Shown piece after piece: positions 29,309 through 38,667 of a stretch of 64,000 nt of DNA. The stretch spans positions 184,589 through 248,588 of the forward strand of contig PLCF01000085.1 in the NCBI GenBank assembly GCA_003135555.1, written 5' to 3'. Both the position numbers and the translations under genes were made by a program. Origin of the DNA: Vulcanimicrobiota bacterium (GTDB lineage: Bacteria; Vulcanimicrobiota; Vulcanimicrobiia; Vulcanimicrobiales; Vulcanimicrobiaceae). The notes under the pieces were generated by a model, which searched no databases, was not told the DNA's origin, and saw only the letters and a program-made list of their open reading frames with translations. The number at the start of each line of letters is the position of its first letter. Position 1 is the stretch's first letter.

Positions 29309-30528
29309 CCTGCCGAGGCTGCGGCGCCGTGGTGAGCGAGTCGCTGGTCGATCTCGGGATGCAGCCGCTGGCGAACGCCTACATCGCTCCGGAGCACGCC
29401 GCGAGCGCCGAGACGTTCTACCCGTTGCACCCCATGGTGTGCGGGCGGTGCTACTTCGTGCAACTCGGCGTGTTCGAAACGCCGGAGCGCATCTTCGGCG
29501 ACTACGCGTACTTCTCGTCGTTCTCGACCTCGTGGCTCGAGCATAGCCGCGCGCACGTCGAGCGCGCGATCGGCCGGCTCGGCCTGGGCGCCCGCTCGTT
29601 CGTAGTCGAGGTCGGCAGCAACGACGGCTATCTGCTCAAGGCGTTCGTCGAGCGTGACATCCCGGTGCTGGGCGTCGAGCCGGCAGCCAACGTCGCGGAG
29701 GAGGCCCGCCGCAACGGGGTTCCGACGCGGACCGCCTTTTTCGGCGCCGCCGAGGCCGACCGCATCGTCGCGGAGCACGGACGCGCCGCGATGATGATCG
29801 CGAACAACGTGCTGGCGCACGTGCCCGACATCCACGACTTTGTCGAAGGCTTCCGCCGCGTGCTGGCGCCCGAAGGGATAGCGACGTTCGAGTTTCCGCA
29901 CCTGCTGCTGCTGCTCGAGCAGACGGAGTTCGACACGATCTATCACGAGCATTTCAGCTACCTCTCCCTGCTCGCCGTCGAGCCGGTGTTCGCGGCGCAT
30001 GGTTTGCGCGTTGTCGATGCGGAGCGCATCCCGACGCACGGCGGCTCGTTGCGGCTGTGGGTCGGGCACGCGGGAGCGGCCCGCGCGCCGGCACCGGCGG
30101 TCGAGGCGCTGCGAGCGCTCGAGCGCGAGGGCGGCTTGGCCGATCTGCGCACCTACGCCGCGTTCGCGCCGCGGGTCCACGCGATCAAGAACGAGCTCCT
30201 GCGCTTTCTCATCGACGCCGCTGCGAACGGGAAACGCGTCGTAGGCTACGGCGCGGCGGCCAAGGGGAACACGCTGCTCAACTACTGCGGGATACGCAGC
30301 GACCTGGTGCCGTTCGTGGTCGATCGCAACCCGCACAAGCAGGGCTGCTTGCTGCCGGGGAGCCGGCTGCCGGTCGAGGCGGTCGAACGCCTGCGCGAGG
30401 CGCGCCCCGACTACGTGCTGGTCCTGCCCTGGAACCTGACCGCCGAGATCACCGCGCAGATGGCCTTCGTGCGCGGCTGGGGCGGACGCTTTGTGACGGC
30501 GGTTCCACACTTGGCGGTGTTGCCGTGA
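29296..30528 (+). CDS. NDP-sugar C-methyltransferase (TylC3/NovU-like)
   Basis: CRGC and CGRC Zn motif, DLGMQPLAN, EVGSNDG, YHEH, GYGAAAKG, LPWN. Confidence 0.9.
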   Translation: MQRLTCRGCGAVVSESLVDLGMQPLANAYIAPEHAASAETFYPLHPMVCGRCYFVQLGVFETPERIFGDYAYFSSFSTSWLEHSRAHVERAIGRLGLGARSFVVEVGSNDGYLLKAFVERDIPVLGVEPAANVAEEARRNGVPTRTAFFGAAEADRIVAEHGRAAMMIANNVLAHVPDIHDFVEGFRRVLAPEGIATFEFPHLLLLLEQTEFDTIYHEHFSYLSLLAVEPVFAAHGLRVVDAERIPTHGGSLRLWVGHAGAARAPAPAVEALRALEREGGLADLRTYAAFAPRVHAIKNELLRFLIDAAANGKRVVGYGAAAKGNTLLNYCGIRSDLVPFVVDRNPHKQGCLLPGSRLPVEAVERLREARPDYVLVLPWNLTAEITAQMAFVRGWGGRFVTAVPHLAVLP

Positions 30529-31073
30529 CCGTGTCGCCGACGGCGATCCCGGGGCTCGTGGTGATCGACGTCGAGGTCCATCGCGACGAGCGCGGCAGCT
30601 TCGCCCGCGTCTTCGACCGCGAGGTCTTCCGCGCGCACGGGTTGTGCGCGGACTACCCGCAGCACGGGTGGGCGACCAACTCGCAGCGCGGCGTGGTCCG
30701 CGGCCTGCACTATCAGACCGCGCCGTTCGCCGAGCACAAAGTCGTGCGCTGCACGCGGGGAACGGTGTGGGACGTCGTCCTCGACGCGCGCCGCGGCTCC
30801 CCGACCTACGGCCGCTGGGAGGCATTCGAGCTGGACGGCGAACGACCGCGGATGCTCTATCTGTGCGCCGGGCTGGCCCACGGCTACCAGACCCTCAGCG
30901 CCGAGTCCGAGCTGCACTACCTCCTTTCGGCGCCGTATACGCCGGCGCACGCGGCCGGCGTGCACTGGCGCGACGCCCGGCTGGCGATTCCCTGGCCGCT
31001 CCCTGCCACGGTGGTCGGCGCGCGCGACGAGGCGCTTCCGCAACTCGCCGACGCCCCGGATTCCACGCCGTGA
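30525..31073 (+). CDS. rfbC: NDP-4-keto-6-deoxyhexose 3,5-epimerase (RmlC cupin)
   Basis: DERGSF, RGLHYQ, KVVRC, DARRGSPTYG, AHGYQ. Confidence 0.88.
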   Translation: MTVSPTAIPGLVVIDVEVHRDERGSFARVFDREVFRAHGLCADYPQHGWATNSQRGVVRGLHYQTAPFAEHKVVRCTRGTVWDVVLDARRGSPTYGRWEAFELDGERPRMLYLCAGLAHGYQTLSAESELHYLLSAPYTPAHAAGVHWRDARLAIPWPLPATVVGARDEALPQLADAPDSTP

Positions 31074-32137
31074 TCGCCTGCGTGATCCCCGCTTACCGCG
31101 CGGGCGGTACCGTCTGCGCGGTCGTGCGCGACGCGCTGCGCCACTGCGACGTGGTCGTGGTGGTGGACGACGCCTGTCCCGACCACAGCGGCGACCTCGT
31201 CGCAGCCGAGTTCGGCGCGAACGACGCGGTGCGGGTGGTGCGCCACGAACGCAACGGCGGCGTGGGGCGCGCCATGAAGTCCGGCTTCGCGGAGTGCATT
31301 CGGATCGGGGCGTCGATCGTCGTCAAGATCGACGCCGACGGGCAGATGGACGTCGGGTACATCCCGCGCGTCGTCGAGCTGTTCGAGGCCGATCCCGATC
31401 TCATCTACGTCAAGGGCAACCGCTTCGCCAACACCGACGTGCTCGGGCGCATGCCGAAGCTGCGCCTCTTCGGCAACGCCATGCTCTCCCTGCTCGTCAA
31501 GTTCAGCTCGGGCTACTGGAACCTGCTCGACCCGACCAACGGCTACATCGCCTTCAACGGGCTGGCGCTGGCCGAGATGGACCTCGAGCAGTTCGCCGAC
31601 TCGTTCTTCTTCGAGATCAGCGTGCTGTGCGCGCTGGGATTGAAGAACGCGCGCATCGCCGAGCTGGAGATGACCACGATCTACGGCGACGAGCAGAGCT
31701 CGCTTTCGATCCGCAAAGTTGCGCTGGAGTTTCCGCCCCGGTTGCTGGGGAGGTTCTTGCGCCGCATCCTGCTGCGCTACTTCGTGTTCGACGTGAACTT
31801 GGGGACGCTGTACCTCGTCTTCGGCACGCTGCTGCTGGTGGGCGCCGGCGGGCTGGGGATCGTCGAATGGATCCAGTCCGCGGTCACCGGGCTACCACGC
31901 TCGACCGGCACCGTGATGCTGGTCGTGCTCCCGTTTCTGATCGGGGTGCAGCTGTTCCTCAACGCGCTGATGTACGACGTGCAGTTCGCGCCGCGTTCGG
32001 ATCACGTCTTCGCGCTGCGCCGTCCGCTGGTGCGGGTGCGCGCGCAGGCTCGCCCGGCCGCCGAACGCGACCGGGACGAGCAGCGACCAACTGGGGATTC
32101 CCTACAACGGCGAGCTGATCGGCACGACGACGCTTGA
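31070..32137 (+). CDS. Polyprenol-phosphate-type GT2 with two C-terminal TM helices
   Basis: VIPAY, VDDACPD, NGGVG, KIDADGQM, KGNRF, DPTNG. Confidence 0.88.
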   Translation: MIACVIPAYRAGGTVCAVVRDALRHCDVVVVVDDACPDHSGDLVAAEFGANDAVRVVRHERNGGVGRAMKSGFAECIRIGASIVVKIDADGQMDVGYIPRVVELFEADPDLIYVKGNRFANTDVLGRMPKLRLFGNAMLSLLVKFSSGYWNLLDPTNGYIAFNGLALAEMDLEQFADSFFFEISVLCALGLKNARIAELEMTTIYGDEQSSLSIRKVALEFPPRLLGRFLRRILLRYFVFDVNLGTLYLVFGTLLLVGAGGLGIVEWIQSAVTGLPRSTGTVMLVVLPFLIGVQLFLNALMYDVQFAPRSDHVFALRRPLVRVRAQARPAAERDRDEQRPTGDSLQRRADRHDDA

Positions 32138-32214
32138 GACGAATAGCGGCGGCACGTCCGTCTGGCGGCGGAGGTTCCCAGACCGGAAATCGGCATCAGT
32201 AGATGAGACGCGCC

Positions 32215-33048
32215 CTAGGGCGCAGAGGCCAACGCGCGTATAACCATCTGTGCGATGAGCCCTTGTCCGTCGGGGGTGGGGTGAATAAATGGCGGCCCGG
32301 ATTCGATCAACGCGAGGCCGCCGTTGTTCGCGATGGCTGCGTAGGTGTCGGCAAAAGCGACGCCGTTGCGCGCTGCAACCGCGCGGGCCGCAGCGTTGAA
32401 GTCTGCCAGCGCCTGCACCCGCGACGACCAATACGTCGGAGACTCGTAGCTGATCCCCGTCACGACGATGCACGAGCGCGGGGTTCCCTTCGCGATAAGC
32501 GCCGCGATCACGGTATCGTAGACCACGCCGAAGTTCGTCGGGTTGAGGTCGTTGGGATAGAGCGGCGAGGCGTTCACGTCGTTCATTCCGTACGCGAGCA
32601 CGAAGCACGACTTCGGGCCAGCGTACGAGACAAGGTCGCCGGGATTGCGAAAGCGGGCCAGCCCCGACGCCGCATCGTTGGCGCACTGATCGGCGGGAGC
32701 GCACGTTTCGAGCGTCGTGCTGCCGATGCCAAGGTTGACTTCGTGCCCGAAACCGAGTGATGTCGCGACGCGATCGAGGTAACCGGGGCCGTTTCCGGGC
32801 AGTGAGGGCGTGAAACTCGGATACTGCGAGTACTGCGCGGTGATGCTGTCGCCCCAGCCGATGATCGTCCAGTCGGAATAGCCGTCACCCAGCGAGACGA
32901 GGACGCCGCTCGCGGGGGTCATCGCCACGGGCGAGGTCAGCGCGACCCCGACATCGTGCCGGGCCTCGCGGAGCGGCAGCGCGCGGGCGTCGGCGCCGCA
33001 GGCCGCGAGGGCGACGCTCCCCACCAGCGTCGCGAGTAGGAGTTTCAC
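32215..33048 (-). CDS. SGNH/GDSL hydrolase lipoprotein
   Basis: AGGAGG RBS, GTG 33048, LAAC lipobox; GDSIT, NLGIGS, YGMND, IHP. Confidence 0.85.
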   Translation of the reverse strand: MKLLLATLVGSVALAACGADARALPLREARHDVGVALTSPVAMTPASGVLVSLGDGYSDWTIIGWGDSITAQYSQYPSFTPSLPGNGPGYLDRVATSLGFGHEVNLGIGSTTLETCAPADQCANDAASGLARFRNPGDLVSYAGPKSCFVLAYGMNDVNASPLYPNDLNPTNFGVVYDTVIAALIAKGTPRSCIVVTGISYESPTYWSSRVQALADFNAAARAVAARNGVAFADTYAAIANNGGLALIESGPPFIHPTPDGQGLIAQMVIRALASAP

Positions 33049-33287
33049 CGCTGTCCTCCTGGCTCGTGGTCGATGTGTTCTTGGGGCGCGGTTACGGACC
33101 CGATCATAGCCGATCCCTCGGGCCCATGCTCGCCACAGGACTGCGACGCGCGGGCCGCTGTGTCGGCACACCTTCACGCCGACATCCCTCACGGTCCGAA
33201 CGACAACGGAATAGGTGTGGACCAAACACGCCTGCCACCCTATAAGCGCGACACCCGCGACTCCCTCATCGCGGAGCGTCGAAGGAC

Positions 33288-34637
33288 TCAGAGCGCGCCG
33301 ATGGTGTTGGGCGTGCCCCAGCCCGTCGGTCCGTCTTGCCCCGGTGCGGCGGTGCAGTAGTAGGTCTGCGCAAGGCAGTACGTGCCGCCGCTGCCGTTGT
33401 TTCCCGACACGATGTCGTTGAGCGCGGCGGTGTGCGTGTACATGTAGTTGTTGGTGATCGACTGCCCGTTGAGCGCAACGCCGACGATCCCGGCGATGAG
33501 CGGCGCCGAGACGCTGGTGCCGCCGACGACGACCCACTGTTGACCCAGCGGCGCCAAGTAGCTGTCGTAGACGAAGACGCCGGTGTTCGGGTCGGCGACC
33601 GCCGAGATGTCGTTCCCGAACCGGAACCCGCAGTTCTGGTCGACCTGCCACGCGGGCTTGGGCTCGAACTTGCTGCAGCCGCCGCCCGTCCCGCTCCACG
33701 CCGTCTCGGTGAAAAGTCGCGCGCTGCCGACCGAGCGGTTGAGGGTCGTTCCGCCGACCGACATCACGTACTGCGAGATCGCCGGATAGTTGGGTCCGAC
33801 GGTGCCCCCCGAGTCGCCGGACGAGGCGATGAACAGGTTGCCGCCGGCGCCCGGCGGGTTGGCACCGCTACTGAAAAATTGGTCGAGCGACAGCTGTTGG
33901 TCCGAGAGGCGCTCCACGTGGCCGAAGCTCATCGAGATCGCGTCGGGGTGGGCCGACGCGGCCAGCACGCCTGCAGCGTGGTAGAGGTTGGTCGTCGTAT
34001 TGTCGTTGGCTTCGACTAAGTTGATGTTGCAGTGCGGGCACATCGCCGAGACCATGTCGAGGTCGAGCGACGTCTCCACGGCCCAGCCGCTGCCGCCGGC
34101 CGGGTCGGGCGGCGGATAGCGGCCGACCACGCCGTCCTGGTTGTACTTGTGGAAGCAGCCGTTGGCGGTCGAGCACGTCGGCAGGTTGAAGGCGTTGCGA
34201 TAGATCTGCAGATCCGCTTCGGCGGTGGGATCGTCGTACGCGTCGACGATCCAGATCGAATGCCCGGAGCCGCTGTAGACCGCGTCGAGATACGTGTTGT
34301 ACGCCGTCCACAGGTCCATCGGGATGTACGGTGCGCCGCCCGGGTAGCTGCGAATCGCGCGGCTGCTCGCCGACGTTCCGACCTTGCCCGGCCCGACGAC
34401 GCCCAGCGCGACGATGATCGAGTGGCACTGCTCGCGTCCGGGCTGCGGGACCGCGCACGCTGGGATCTGGGTGCCGAAAGCGACCGGTGCGCCGGTGAGT
34501 CGGTTCACGACGCCGGTCACGGTATCGCCGCCGTTGCCGGAGCCCGCCGCCGCCGGAACGACTTTTGACGCACCGCCCGCGCAGCCCGCGAGCAAGAGTG
34601 CGCTGAGGAACACCAATGAAATACGTCCGGTAATCAT
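33288..34637 (-). CDS. S53-family serine-carboxyl peptidase lipoprotein
   Basis: LAGC lipobox; ETSLDLD, ASSGDSG, GGTSVSAP, C-terminal DGPTGWG. Confidence 0.92.
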   Translation of the reverse strand: MITGRISLVFLSALLLAGCAGGASKVVPAAAGSGNGGDTVTGVVNRLTGAPVAFGTQIPACAVPQPGREQCHSIIVALGVVGPGKVGTSASSRAIRSYPGGAPYIPMDLWTAYNTYLDAVYSGSGHSIWIVDAYDDPTAEADLQIYRNAFNLPTCSTANGCFHKYNQDGVVGRYPPPDPAGGSGWAVETSLDLDMVSAMCPHCNINLVEANDNTTTNLYHAAGVLAASAHPDAISMSFGHVERLSDQQLSLDQFFSSGANPPGAGGNLFIASSGDSGGTVGPNYPAISQYVMSVGGTTLNRSVGSARLFTETAWSGTGGGCSKFEPKPAWQVDQNCGFRFGNDISAVADPNTGVFVYDSYLAPLGQQWVVVGGTSVSAPLIAGIVGVALNGQSITNNYMYTHTAALNDIVSGNNGSGGTYCLAQTYYCTAAPGQDGPTGWGTPNTIGAL

Positions 34638-34770
34638 ACCGTTTCGAACCTTTCCGAACCCAACGACGAGTATAGCGATGCCTTCCCGGGCGGACCCACT
34701 ATAGCGTATTCTGGTCGGGTCGAGAAGGTCGAAACGGGGATTTTACCGACCCGCCATGCGCGGTCACGCG

Positions 34771-35835
34771 TCAGGCTCGGCTGTTCTCCTCGAGGAAACG
34801 TTCAAAATAGACCTCGTCGCAGACGTCGTTCTCGGGCTTGGGTACGACCGCTTGCGGCAGGAGCGCGGCGGGCGGTCGTTGCCCTTGCGCGGCGTAGGCG
34901 TGAAAGAACGACAGCATCACCCGGTCGACGGCCGGCGTGCTCACCGAACGCCGGTCGGGCTCGAAGCCGTCGTGCCCGTCGAAGCCGCCGGCGACGATCT
35001 CGTACGACGGGAAGTAGTCGACCGCTTCGTGCCGGCGGCGAATCTCTTCGGCCGCGACGCGCAGCACCGATTTCGACCACACCGTGGACTGCACGACGTG
35101 CCGCGGTTCCATCGTCGCGGCCAGCGGGACCGGCGAGACGGTGAGGATGACGCGCAGACCGGGATTGAGGCGCCACGCGATCTGCAAGAACGCTTCGAAG
35201 TAGCGCACGTTCTCGTCGACGGTCAGGTTTCTGAACGCATAGCGCTGCGCGTCGAAGGCCCCGATCCCGGCGCCCGGACACAGCGGCAGCGCGGTATCGT
35301 CCGCGGTGCAGCACCACGTCTCGGTGAGCCCCATGGTGAAGACGAAGACGTCGCTCTCGGCGAGCATGCGCCGCACCGCCGCGAGGTGCTCGGCGCGATC
35401 GGCTTCGAGCTCGGCCGGCGACGCGAAGCCCTGCGGCTCGACGCGCGGCCGCAGCGGATCCACCACGCCGCCTTTGAACGGCCAGGGCGGCTCTTGCGGC
35501 GAAAACTCGCCCACCGCGCGCTGGACCAGCTGCAGCAGCTGCAGGGTCGTGTAGATGTCGCCGAAGCGGGCCGAATAGGCGCCGAAGCTGCGCGCCGCCA
35601 GCTCCTCGGGCGTTTCCCACATCGGGCCCGGCTCGGTGACGAAGTAGTTGTATCCGGCGTCGCGCAGCCGTTCGGCGATGCGCTGCGCGAAGCAGCTGCC
35701 GGCCGACGAGATGCGCAGGTTGCGGTCGATCGTGAAGCGCGCGGCGTGTTGCGGGTCGATGAAGCCTTCGGGCCGATCGGCGACCGCGCGCGCCCAGATC
35801 TGGAAGTTCGGCAACCCGGCGTAGGGAAACTTCAC
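34771..35835 (-). CDS. GSCFA-domain protein (SGNH-like)
   Basis: SAGSCFAQ, FTMGLTE, LTVSPVPL, SKSVLR, YFPSYE. Confidence 0.9.
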   Translation of the reverse strand: MKFPYAGLPNFQIWARAVADRPEGFIDPQHAARFTIDRNLRISSAGSCFAQRIAERLRDAGYNYFVTEPGPMWETPEELAARSFGAYSARFGDIYTTLQLLQLVQRAVGEFSPQEPPWPFKGGVVDPLRPRVEPQGFASPAELEADRAEHLAAVRRMLAESDVFVFTMGLTETWCCTADDTALPLCPGAGIGAFDAQRYAFRNLTVDENVRYFEAFLQIAWRLNPGLRVILTVSPVPLAATMEPRHVVQSTVWSKSVLRVAAEEIRRRHEAVDYFPSYEIVAGGFDGHDGFEPDRRSVSTPAVDRVMLSFFHAYAAQGQRPPAALLPQAVVPKPENDVCDEVYFERFLEENSRA

Positions 35836-36650
35836 GGCACGCTCACCTCCAGGACCAGAGTGCGTAACTGCTGCAGCACCGCTTCGGCGCCTTCGGGGCC
35901 GAAATGCAACCCGTCGACGAGGTAGCCCGGCTTGACGACGTTGTCGTCGGTGACCTGTTCCCAGGTGTCGATGAAGATCGTATCCGATTGCGTGCAGTAC
36001 GTGCGCAGCAGTGAGTTGATGAAGAGGTGCACGGCATAGCGGCTGCGCGCGCTGCAGCGCACGCCGGTCAAGCGGAAATACTCGTCGTCGTCGGGGGTGG
36101 GCGGCGGCAAGCTCGCCAGCGCGATCCGTTCGAGGCCCAGCCGCTTGAGCTTCTGCAACATCGAGAAGAGCGGGCGAAACGTCCGCACGATGCGCTCCTG
36201 CAGCACCGCGGCCGGGACCGGAGCGCCCGCGCCCGTCGACGGCAAGGCGGAGAGGTCGGCTTCGAACGGCAGCAACGGTTCGGCGTCGCCCGGGATCGAT
36301 GCAACGATCTCCCGCGCGTCGAGCTCGCCGGCGAGGAACAGGACGGGTGCGGTCTTGGCCAGGAAGCTCGCGGTAAAGTGCCGGTCGCCCAGTTTCACCT
36401 TCACGGCGTCGCCGGTGTAGTCGTACGACAGCGATCGCAACAGATGGAAGCCCGCCAATGCGGCGATGACGGCGGTATGCGGCTCACCGTCCGGTTGCAG
36501 GGCCGTGCGCGTCGACAGCCCTTGCACGCACCACGCCTGGCCGAACGTATCGGGCTCGCCGGTCGCCGGATCGACCAGTATCAGCCCGTTGAGCGGGCCG
36601 CTATGGCTGTCACCGATGGCGCGGAGCGGACGCAGGTAGCGAAGCGGCAT
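35832..36650 (-). CDS. SGNH/GDSL-like hypothetical protein
   Basis: AIGDSH, AGELD, DGLHF; paralogous layout to 7653..8489. Confidence 0.65.
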   Translation of the reverse strand: MPLRYLRPLRAIGDSHSGPLNGLILVDPATGEPDTFGQAWCVQGLSTRTALQPDGEPHTAVIAALAGFHLLRSLSYDYTGDAVKVKLGDRHFTASFLAKTAPVLFLAGELDAREIVASIPGDAEPLLPFEADLSALPSTGAGAPVPAAVLQERIVRTFRPLFSMLQKLKRLGLERIALASLPPPTPDDDEYFRLTGVRCSARSRYAVHLFINSLLRTYCTQSDTIFIDTWEQVTDDNVVKPGYLVDGLHFGPEGAEAVLQQLRTLVLEVSVP

Positions 36651-36704
36651 GTGAGGTCAAGACTACTGTGCGCCTCGGGCGCGCGCCTCCGCGAGCGAGC
36701 AGCC

Positions 36705-38612
36705 CTACGGTTCCGAGCTGCGAACGCGGTCCAGCTCGGCCGCGATCTCGCGCCGGCTGCGTTCGGTGCGAGCCAACGTGTCGGTCAACTCCGCGATGCG
36801 CGCCGCGGCATGCTGATCGCGCTGTTCGGCGAGCATGCGTGCCTCACGGTTTTGTTCGGCCGTCCGGCCCAGCACGGACTCGAGCCCGGCGCGGGCCGCG
36901 CGCTCCCTCGTCAACGCGACCGCGAGGTCCAGCCGTTCCTGTTCGAGGCTTTCCAGCGTCCGGCTCGGGCGTTCGAACGTCGCGTCGACCGCCAGCAGCA
37001 GGTCCCCGCCGCGCACCAGCACTTGGAAGTTGCGCTCGCGAGCCAGGAATTCGCCGCGGCGCGCGGCCTCGATCCCCGCCCGGTCGAAGAGCTCCTGCGG
37101 GTCGAGCACCCCCGCGATGAGCGCGTGGCGTTTCCACACGAAGTTCTCGAGTCCGCGCGAGAGCACGAAATCGGCTGAGACCGGATCAGAGCGCCGCCAT
37201 TCCACGTCGATGAGCCACCACACACCCTCCGCGTCGCAAATCAAGTTGTCCAGCGTCAGGTCGAGGATCCCCGAGGTCAGGACCAGTCCGGGCGTACCGT
37301 CGTCACCGAAGCCGCGAACGCCGTTCGACGGACTCGAAAGGTCGCGCACCAGGCTTGCGAAGAGGCCGACCGCGGTGCGCGCTCCCTCGCGATCGTGCCG
37401 CAACAGCGCATCGACGAGGATCGACTCCAGGCTCGTGCCCGCGACGTAACGCACCTCCGCGGCGCCGTCGCGCAGCGTAGCCTGCGGGACGCGCAACGGC
37501 CCGGTGAGCACCTGCAGCGCTTGGTGGTGCGCGACGATCGCGGCGACGTGGGCGGCGCCCGAGGGCTCGAGCGCGCGTTTGCGCACGACGATCCCGGCGG
37601 CGGTCTCGACGATCCGCGTCTCGATGCGGTATTGAGGTAGGCGGCTGCGCGAGTAGCGCGCGAACAGCACGCTCTCTTCCGCGTCGCGCGCGACGGCGGG
37701 CGTGCCGCCGCGTTGCGCCACGACCAGAAACGAGTTGGCGAAGAAGGGGAAGGCCCCGCTCTGCGCGATGCCGTCGAGTACCGCGCGCTCGTCGAACAGA
37801 CGCAGCCGCTCGCGATCCCAATTCGGGAACGGCCGTGCGATCTCGCCCGGCTCGGGGGGACGCTCCTCCGAGTAAATGTCCTGGGGAAGCTTGTAGTCGG
37901 GCATCGGAAAGAAGAATTGCATCGAACCGAAACCGGCCCGCCGCAGCAGCTGCTCGATTCCGTGGCGGCCGTACGTCCGCACCGAGGCGCGCTGCACGTA
38001 GCCCTCGATCCCCTCGAAGGGCACGCCGGTGTGATCCTCCGGCGCGCCGGCCCAGTATTTGAGACCGAACCGGTTTTCGATCGCGATCATCAGCGTGCCG
38101 CCGGGCACCAGATGCTGCGCGACGACTTTGAGCAGGTCCGCGGCGGGATCGGGCCCCGGCATGAAGCTCGGAGCGTACTCCAGCACGCCGACGAGCGTCG
38201 CCAGGTCGAACGGCTCGCCGGCCGGGAGCGCGCGGACGTTGCCGACGGCGATGGTGAGGTTGCGGTGCGCCTGATGGCGAGCCCCAACGATCTCGGCGCG
38301 CTTGCGCGAGAGCTCGACCGCCATGACCGCGCGCGTTCGTTCGCACAGCAGCCCGGTCAGCGCGCCGCAGCCGGCGCCGATCTCCAGCGTGCGCCACGCC
38401 GGATCGAACGGGAACCACTCGAGCAGGTTGCGGCGAACGTCGGACAAGTGGTAGAGCGCCGGCCAGCTCCGTTCGAGCGCGAGGATCTCGGCGGGCGTCT
38501 CACCGCGCCGCAAGCTCGCGAGGATGGCGTCCTCCACCGGTCCGTCGCTGTAGGAGTCGCTGCCCGCGCCCGGCAGCTCGATCAGCGGAACGCTCTCCTC
38601 GGCGCGCATCAC
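36705..38612 (-). CDS. SAM methyltransferase + kinase-like domain + C-terminal coiled coil (WbdD-like)
   Basis: LEIGAGCG, GVLEY; DLTLDN and LIDVE kinase-like motifs; heptad-rich E/R/L tail. Confidence 0.75.
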   Translation of the reverse strand: MMRAEESVPLIELPGAGSDSYSDGPVEDAILASLRRGETPAEILALERSWPALYHLSDVRRNLLEWFPFDPAWRTLEIGAGCGALTGLLCERTRAVMAVELSRKRAEIVGARHQAHRNLTIAVGNVRALPAGEPFDLATLVGVLEYAPSFMPGPDPAADLLKVVAQHLVPGGTLMIAIENRFGLKYWAGAPEDHTGVPFEGIEGYVQRASVRTYGRHGIEQLLRRAGFGSMQFFFPMPDYKLPQDIYSEERPPEPGEIARPFPNWDRERLRLFDERAVLDGIAQSGAFPFFANSFLVVAQRGGTPAVARDAEESVLFARYSRSRLPQYRIETRIVETAAGIVVRKRALEPSGAAHVAAIVAHHQALQVLTGPLRVPQATLRDGAAEVRYVAGTSLESILVDALLRHDREGARTAVGLFASLVRDLSSPSNGVRGFGDDGTPGLVLTSGILDLTLDNLICDAEGVWWLIDVEWRRSDPVSADFVLSRGLENFVWKRHALIAGVLDPQELFDRAGIEAARRGEFLARERNFQVLVRGGDLLLAVDATFERPSRTLESLEQERLDLAVALTRERAARAGLESVLGRTAEQNREARMLAEQRDQHAAARIAELTDTLARTERSRREIAAELDRVRSSEP

Positions 38613-38667
38613 GTCCCCACATCAGCGTCCGCTCGCTGTTTCCCCTGCGCGCCGCCGAGGCGGCAAG

